Source of the DNA: a virus
Virus record (IMG/VR): IMGVR_UViG_3300042345_000884
Coordinates: 13,923 to 77,922 of that record
Length of the DNA stretch: 64,000 bases
Strand: one strand, 5' to 3'
The stretch's first letter is position 1; each line of letters begins with the position of its first letter. The position numbers and the translations under genes were made by a program. This document shows, one piece after another, positions 59,072 to 64,000 of the stretch. The notes under the pieces were generated by a model that saw nothing but the letters and a program-made list of their open reading frames with translations, searched no databases and was not told where the DNA came from.

Positions 59072-59108
59072 TTACTTGACATTTCTATAAAGCTTATGGT
59101 AGATTTAA
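59072..59108 (+). promoter_or_regulatory. Promoter of the Cas12-like gene
   Basis: TTGACA-N18-TAGATT with TG extension; near-identical to the 58194 copy. Confidence 0.75.
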
Positions 59109-59132
59109 ATAAGAATAAAGGAAGGTCGATCC

Positions 59133-60941
59133 ATGAAAGCCAAAAGTAAAGTCAACCGTAAAGTAGATGAGTGCCAAATTCAAGAAACACTTAGTTCTAA
59201 AGATAACTATCTAAGGTTTAGTATTGTCAAAAAGACTCCTAAGACAAAGGAAGAAAAACCTCCTATGGAAGTCTTAGAATTTAAAATACATCCTACCAAA
59301 GAACAAATCACAGAAATTAACCGTTCTTTTGTGGCGTGTAAGTTACTATGGAATCTTTCAATCGCACTCAAAGAAGAGTCAAAACAAAGATATTATCGTA
59401 AAACTTATAAATTTGATGAGTTTAGCCCTGAGATATGGGAGTTAAGTTATTCTGGACATTACGACGAAAAAGAGTTTAAAACCCTTAAAGATAAAGAGAA
59501 AGAACTTTTAATAAAAAACCCTTGCTGTAAAATTGCCTATTTCAAAAAGACAAGTAACGGAAAAGAATATACTCCCTTAGATGCTATTCCTATCCGCCGT
59601 TTTATGAATGTCGATGACATTGATAAGGATGCTGTTAACTATCTTAATAGACAAAAACTTGCTTTTTACTTTCGAGAAGATACAGCAAAATTTATCGGTG
59701 AAATTGAAACAGAGTTTAAAAAAGGCTTTTTTAGAAGTGTGGTTAAACCTGCTTATGATGCCGCTAAAAAAGGTATCCGTGGGATTCCCAGATTCAAAGG
59801 AAGCCGGGATAAAGTGGAGACTCTTGTTAATGGTCAACCTGAAACTATAAAAATTGAATCTAATGGAGTTATCGTTTCCTCAAAGATAGGATTACTGAAA
59901 GTGCGGGGGATTGACCGACTACAAGGAAAATCTCCCCGAATGGCTAAAATTACTCGTAAAGCGACGGGATATTACTTACAGTTAACCGTTGAAACTGACA
60001 ACGCAACCTATAAAGAATCCGATAAGTGTGTTGGTTTGGATATGGGTGCTGTGGCAATATTTACCGATGATTTAGGGAGACAATCAGAAGCTAAACGCTA
60101 CGCAAAAATTCAGAAAAAGCGACTTAACCGATTACAGCGTCAAGCTTCCAGACAAAAAGATGGCTCTAATAATCAGCGTAAAACCTACGCTAAACTTGCC
60201 CGTGTTCACGAGAAAATAGCCCGTCAAAGAAAAGGGAGAAATGCCCAATTAGCCCATAAAGTAACCAGTGAATATCAAACAGTTATTTTAGAAGATTTAA
60301 AACTAAAAAACATGACAGCCGCCGCAAAACCTAAAGAAAAGGAAGACGGCAATGGCTATAAACAAAATGGCAAAAAAAGAAAGTCTGGATTAAATAAAGT
60401 ATTGCTTGATAATGCTATCGGTCAACTTCGCACATTTATTGAAAATAAAGCTAACGAACGTGGCAGAAAAGTGATTCGTGTTAATCCTAAATATACCTCG
60501 CAAACTTGCTTAAATTGTGGTAATATTGATAAAGCTAACCGTGTTAGTCAGTCAAAGCTTAAATGCACTAGCTGTGGTTTTGAAGCCCACGCCGATCAGA
60601 ATGCCGCCGCAAATATTCTGATCCGTGGACTGCAAGATGAGTTTTTAAGAGCGATTGGCTCTTTAATTAAGTTTCCCGTCTCTTTGATTGGAAAATACCC
60701 TGGTTTAGCAGGGAAATTCACGCCTGATCTTGATTTGCATCAAGAGTTTATCGGGGACGCGCCGATAGAGAATGCCGAACACTCGATTAGTAAGCAGATG
60801 AAGCAGGAAGGGAATCGCATACCCACTCAGTCCGAGAATGACTCGCAATCCCTTATTTTTCAAACCGCCCCACCTCAGCCGTGCGAGGATAGCCACGGCA
60901 TAAATAACCCGAAAGCCTTACCCAATAAGGCATCTAAGTGA
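59133..60941 (+). CDS. Compact type V CRISPR effector (TnpB-derived, Cas12f/C2c8 V-U2-like)
   Basis: LEFKIHPT N-motif (alternative start 59265), RuvC-I GLDMG, RuvC-II LEDL, Zn finger CLNC/CTSC, RuvC-III ADQNAA; array 170 bp downstream; no tnpA. Confidence 0.88.
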   Translation: MKAKSKVNRKVDECQIQETLSSKDNYLRFSIVKKTPKTKEEKPPMEVLEFKIHPTKEQITEINRSFVACKLLWNLSIALKEESKQRYYRKTYKFDEFSPEIWELSYSGHYDEKEFKTLKDKEKELLIKNPCCKIAYFKKTSNGKEYTPLDAIPIRRFMNVDDIDKDAVNYLNRQKLAFYFREDTAKFIGEIETEFKKGFFRSVVKPAYDAAKKGIRGIPRFKGSRDKVETLVNGQPETIKIESNGVIVSSKIGLLKVRGIDRLQGKSPRMAKITRKATGYYLQLTVETDNATYKESDKCVGLDMGAVAIFTDDLGRQSEAKRYAKIQKKRLNRLQRQASRQKDGSNNQRKTYAKLARVHEKIARQRKGRNAQLAHKVTSEYQTVILEDLKLKNMTAAAKPKEKEDGNGYKQNGKKRKSGLNKVLLDNAIGQLRTFIENKANERGRKVIRVNPKYTSQTCLNCGNIDKANRVSQSKLKCTSCGFEAHADQNAAANILIRGLQDEFLRAIGSLIKFPVSLIGKYPGLAGKFTPDLDLHQEFIGDAPIENAEHSISKQMKQEGNRIPTQSENDSQSLIFQTAPPQPCEDSHGINNPKALPNKASK

Positions 60942-61029
60942 AGTTCCAAAAAATCACGGGGCGCAATCTCCGAAAACCCTGACCAGTTTACGATCTGGGA
61001 TTCACCAGCCTGATTTTTTGAACCAAGCA

Positions 61030-61041
61030 GAACCTTGAAAA
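61030..61041 (+). promoter_or_regulatory. boxA-like antitermination motif in the CRISPR leader
   Basis: GAACCTTGAAAA, matching the cyanobacterial rrn spacer boxA as I recall it. Confidence 0.6.
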
Positions 61042-61110
61042 CTGAATTTTAACGAATGGGGCGCAATCCTTACTCAAAACCCTTTTATATCAAGGGTTTT
61101 GGGAAGATAA

Positions 61111-61363
61111 GAAACAATTAGGCTTAAGCTTTATTAGGGATTGAAACAACCTTACACCCTGACACGGCTTTAATGCTTTACCGAAACAATTAGGCTTAAG
61201 CTTTATTAGGGATTGAAACAACAATGACCCTCGAAATGTCTCAACCCCAACTCAAAACAATTAGGCTTAAGCTTTATTAGGGATTGAAACCAAGTTAGTA
61301 TCTGTTTTTAATTGCTTAGGAATAAAGAAACAATTAGGCTTAAGCTTTATTGAGGATTGAAAC
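61111..61363 (+). CRISPR. CRISPR mini-array: four 37-bp repeats, three spacers (35, 34, 36 bp)
   Basis: GAAACAATTAGGCTTAAGCTTTATTAGGGATTGAAAC at 61111, 61183, 61254 (first base A) and 61327 (last, degenerate). Confidence 0.97.
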
Positions 61364-61375
61364 TGACACTAAACA

Positions 61376-61663
61376 ATGAGTCAAACACAACTAGATAAAA
61401 AGATCGATCAATTTCTAAGAAAGAAACTAACCAAAGCAAAACTAAAAGAAATGGGAATAAAACCACGCCCTTTAATTTTGACAATACGCAATTTTGTCAA
61501 GAGGTATTTACTTATCATTTTAGATAGTATTTTTATTAATGTTCCTTGTGGATGGGATAACTTTTTTGAAAGTTTTTATTGCTGGCAGAAGCTAATACTT
61601 AAAAGCAATAAATCTCTGTTAGTAATTTATTTCTGGGAAACTATTAATAACTATAAAGAATAA
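61376..61663 (+). CDS. Hypothetical protein (paralog of 62839-63162)
   Basis: VPCGWDNFFESFYCWQKL. Confidence 0.6.
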   Translation: MSQTQLDKKIDQFLRKKLTKAKLKEMGIKPRPLILTIRNFVKRYLLIILDSIFINVPCGWDNFFESFYCWQKLILKSNKSLLVIYFWETINNYKE

Positions 61664-61676
61664 ACGAAACAAAACC

Positions 61677-62132
61677 ATGTTACAAATTATCTCAGGATAT
61701 AAACTAGAGGGATTATCAGTTGCTTCTATCGGGATGTGTCAGTCCCTAGAGTCAATCGATGCCCTAGTATCTGACTTTATAAGTAGAAGCGACTACCCAG
61801 TAGTATCTAATGTTTTAGATTTTTTTACTTACTGGCAACTAGAAGAAACAAAACTATGTCAACTCTTAAAACGCTGGCGACTTAGCAGTACATCGACTAA
61901 AATAGCATTCTGGGTAATTGAAAGAGACTCGCTTAGTGGACTATTCCTTTTTTACCAATTATTAGAGGGGTATAGCAAAGAGGCTAGAATACACACAACT
62001 TCTATTGAGGTTGTTGATTTCTTGCTAGAATATTGGCCAAGTAATCGAATCACTGTGATTAAAGAATCAAGAGTATTAAACAAAGACCTCGCTCAAAGAA
62101 TCAGAAATCGAGGACTAGATATATTAAGATAA
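61677..62132 (+). CDS. Hypothetical protein
   Basis: 151-aa ORF. Confidence 0.55.
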   Translation: MLQIISGYKLEGLSVASIGMCQSLESIDALVSDFISRSDYPVVSNVLDFFTYWQLEETKLCQLLKRWRLSSTSTKIAFWVIERDSLSGLFLFYQLLEGYSKEARIHTTSIEVVDFLLEYWPSNRITVIKESRVLNKDLAQRIRNRGLDILR

Positions 62133-62157
62133 ACCTACACCTAAAAAGAGACACTTT

Positions 62158-62490
62158 ATGAACAATGAAATTTATCAAATCTTTGCTTTGCTTTTTATCG
62201 GAGTACCAACTTTATTACTTGGCCTTTTTATAGGAGTAACAATAGAATATTTTTCATGGTCTGACACAAAAAATAGAAAACTTGATACAGACTTTAAATA
62301 TCGCTATAAAAAGCCAATTAGTGCCAAGGAATTTGCCATAGAAAATTACATTTCCTTAAAACAATCTAAAAAATTCCTTGACAATAAACTCTTAGAATTT
62401 GGGGGAATAGTAGTTACCGAAAATGGTGATAGTGAGTATCATTTTGATATATCGAGATTTTTAAATGGTAATGATGAAATAGAATTATGA
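62158..62490 (+). CDS. Membrane-anchored hypothetical protein
   Basis: N-terminal TM plus small wHTH-like domain. Confidence 0.55.
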   Translation: MNNEIYQIFALLFIGVPTLLLGLFIGVTIEYFSWSDTKNRKLDTDFKYRYKKPISAKEFAIENYISLKQSKKFLDNKLLEFGGIVVTENGDSEYHFDISRFLNGNDEIEL

Positions 62491-62539
62491 GACAATAGCT
62501 CATAACTGTCCCATAAAAGCTCATAACTGGCTCATAACG

Positions 62540-62575
62540 AAAAGGATTGACTTTAAACCTTATTAGGAATTAAAC
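62540..62575 (+). repeat. Orphan degenerate CRISPR-repeat-like sequence
   Basis: 26 of 37 positions match the array repeat by manual alignment (one gap). Confidence 0.45.
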
Positions 62576-62594
62576 TTTATTAGAGAACAAGACA

Positions 62595-62786
62595 ATGGAA
62601 AAATACACTTTGATTAGAATAGAACAGGATGGAAGTGCTAAAACTTTCATCTATGAACCAACTGACACAGAACCCACTAAAAAAGAACTTAAGGATAAAT
62701 TAATAGAAATCCTGATGATACTTAAAACACTGACGGCAGAAAAGGTAAATTTAATTTATTTTCTTATTAAAACTATAAATAAATAA
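62595..62786 (+). CDS. Hypothetical protein
   Basis: 63-aa ORF. Confidence 0.5.
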   Translation: MEKYTLIRIEQDGSAKTFIYEPTDTEPTKKELKDKLIEILMILKTLTAEKVNLIYFLIKTINK

Positions 62787-62838
62787 CTTTAATTATGGTA
62801 AAGTAATATAGAACACCTAAAAAGGTTAAAGTAAAATT

Positions 62839-63162
62839 ATGAAAATAAAACCGATGACCCTGATCTTAAATTCGCTCTTAATTTTTGCGTGGGGATTTAT
62901 GTTAATTACTAACGGATTGGTTTATACTTTGTCTTTTGGTTTTTACGTTTATATTTGTAATAAACTCTATAAGCCTATCAAAAGCTATCTACCTATTATT
63001 TGGACTAATCTTAAAGAGTATGTTCCTTATGGATGGGAACAATTCTTTGACGCTTTTCGTTTATGGCAAAGCTTAATGGCTGAAAAAAAACACACAAAAT
63101 TTTACAAGGGAGTGTTTTTTTGGTTTCTTAGTGACAAGCAATGGTATCTTGGCGACAAATAA
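62839..63162 (+). CDS. Membrane hypothetical protein
   Basis: TM segments; VPYGWEQFFDAFRLWQSL. Confidence 0.6.
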   Translation: MKIKPMTLILNSLLIFAWGFMLITNGLVYTLSFGFYVYICNKLYKPIKSYLPIIWTNLKEYVPYGWEQFFDAFRLWQSLMAEKKHTKFYKGVFFWFLSDKQWYLGDK

Positions 63163-63202
63163 ACATTAGAACTTTATCTGTAAAATTAATCGGAGTCACA
63201 AT

Positions 63203-63727
63203 ATGTTTTATGTAGAACTGTTAAATCCTTGCTATTCTTACTCTTCTATTGAAGACAGTCAGTCAGAAGAACCTGTTGAAAACTATCCTCAACAAAATCA
63301 AGGACTTCTCAGTGATATTAATAAAAACCGTCAAACTCAAAAAGGATTAGAAGGTTATTTACAAACCTTTCTAAATATTTGGAATCGAGAATTAGAGCCT
63401 GATGGTGAATTTAGTTGGCAGATTATTTGGTTTCAGTTTAAAGAAACAAAAAGTTTTATGTTAGCCATTGTTTTCTCTACACAAGAGTACGGAGAAAACC
63501 CTCAACCCGTTTCTGAATTAGAACAAAAGCAACAAATAGAATCTCTCAATCAACTAATAAAACAGAAAAATGATTTAGTCTGTTCAGTTTCTGATACAGA
63601 AATTATCATTATTAAACGCAATGAACAAAGGCTCTGGACTTGTAGCATGGCGCGTAAAGACGCAGGAGAGGCAATCCTTGAACTCCTCAATTTACAAGAA
63701 TCTCAAAAGAATCAAAAACAAGTATGA
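63203..63727 (+). CDS. Hypothetical protein resembling the C-terminal domain of type IIG R-M enzymes
   Basis: IIIIKRNEQRLWTCSMARKDA; weak recognition. Confidence 0.45.
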   Translation: MFYVELLNPCYSYSSIEDSQSEEPVENYPQQNQGLLSDINKNRQTQKGLEGYLQTFLNIWNRELEPDGEFSWQIIWFQFKETKSFMLAIVFSTQEYGENPQPVSELEQKQQIESLNQLIKQKNDLVCSVSDTEIIIIKRNEQRLWTCSMARKDAGEAILELLNLQESQKNQKQV

Positions 63728-63768
63728 TTGACAAGCATTAAGAATTATAGTAAGATAAATTTAAACAA

Positions 63769-63850
63769 GGGTTGGTGACCGAGTAGCCGAAGGTGACAGA
63801 CTGTAAATCTGTAGAGTAATTCCACGCTGGTGCGAATCCAGCCTAACCCA
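63769..63850 (+). tRNA. tRNA-Tyr (GTA)
   Basis: GGGTTGG/CTAACCC-A acceptor, ACAGA-CTGTAAA-TCTGT, long variable arm, GCTGG-TGCGAAT-CCAGC; own TTGACA-N17-TAAGAT promoter at 63728. Confidence 0.92.
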
Positions 63851-64000
63851 CTAAAATAAAACATATTGACAAATTTTGAAGACTTGGAGAAGTTTTTAAT
63901 ATGACCAGACAAACATCTAATTTTGTTAACAATGATCGCACAATCCTTACCTACCTTGAAATTTTAGCAAATAAAAGTATTGAACCTGAAAGGTATCGTG

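Noticed and set aside
59084-59096. Anti-repeat (ATAAAGCTTA) upstream of the effector
   Set aside because: Lies between -35 and -10, so it is probably untranscribed, and is mostly the AAGCTT palindrome
59133-60941. IS200/IS605 transposon TnpB
   Set aside because: No tnpA or recognisable IS ends; the protein is enlarged and directly followed by a CRISPR array
33843-60941. Genome-wide stop-codon reassignment
   Set aside because: Interruptions involve TAA, TAG and TGA, all of which terminate intact genes normally; no suppressor anticodon seen
61291-61326. Self-targeting of the TMP gene by spacer 3
   Set aside because: Only about 11 nt (TATTCCTAAGC near 46928) match, which is expected by chance

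Overview
AT-rich segment of a long-tailed (siphovirus-like) cyanophage genome. The host is most likely Microcystis or a relative, based on nblA, CAGTTAT heptamer runs, cyanobacterial-type NrdAB/ThyA and a CRISPR repeat ending in ATTGAAAC. Virion genes are scattered: GTA-like tail hub, holin-like protein and GH19 endolysin (0-4 kb); portal, protease and capsid (4.4-13 kb); minus-strand fibre/baseplate cluster (21-24.4 kb); minus-strand terminase (30.6-33 kb); tail completion, tube, chaperone, a 3100-aa tape measure protein and NlpC/P60 (43.6-56.5 kb). Between these lie metabolic genes (nblA, thyA fusion, nrdA, nrdB), two tRNAs and a cassette-like early region carrying six copies of a 63-bp promoter/operator. 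Highlights: (1) a compact phage CRISPR locus, with a 602-aa TnpB/Cas12f-like RuvC effector, a boxA-like leader, a 4-repeat/3-spacer array, no cas1/cas2/cas6 and an orphan repeat-like copy 1.2 kb downstream; (2) about ten copies of a 70-90 bp non-coding arm arranged as inverted pairs at four sites, next to three unrelated antirepressor-type genes that share one promoter and 5' hairpin; (3) four genes interrupted by single in-frame stops, including a Mom-type DNA modification gene. No integrase, polymerase, primase or reverse transcriptase was recognised in the window. All family calls come from motif recognition by eye, not database searches.
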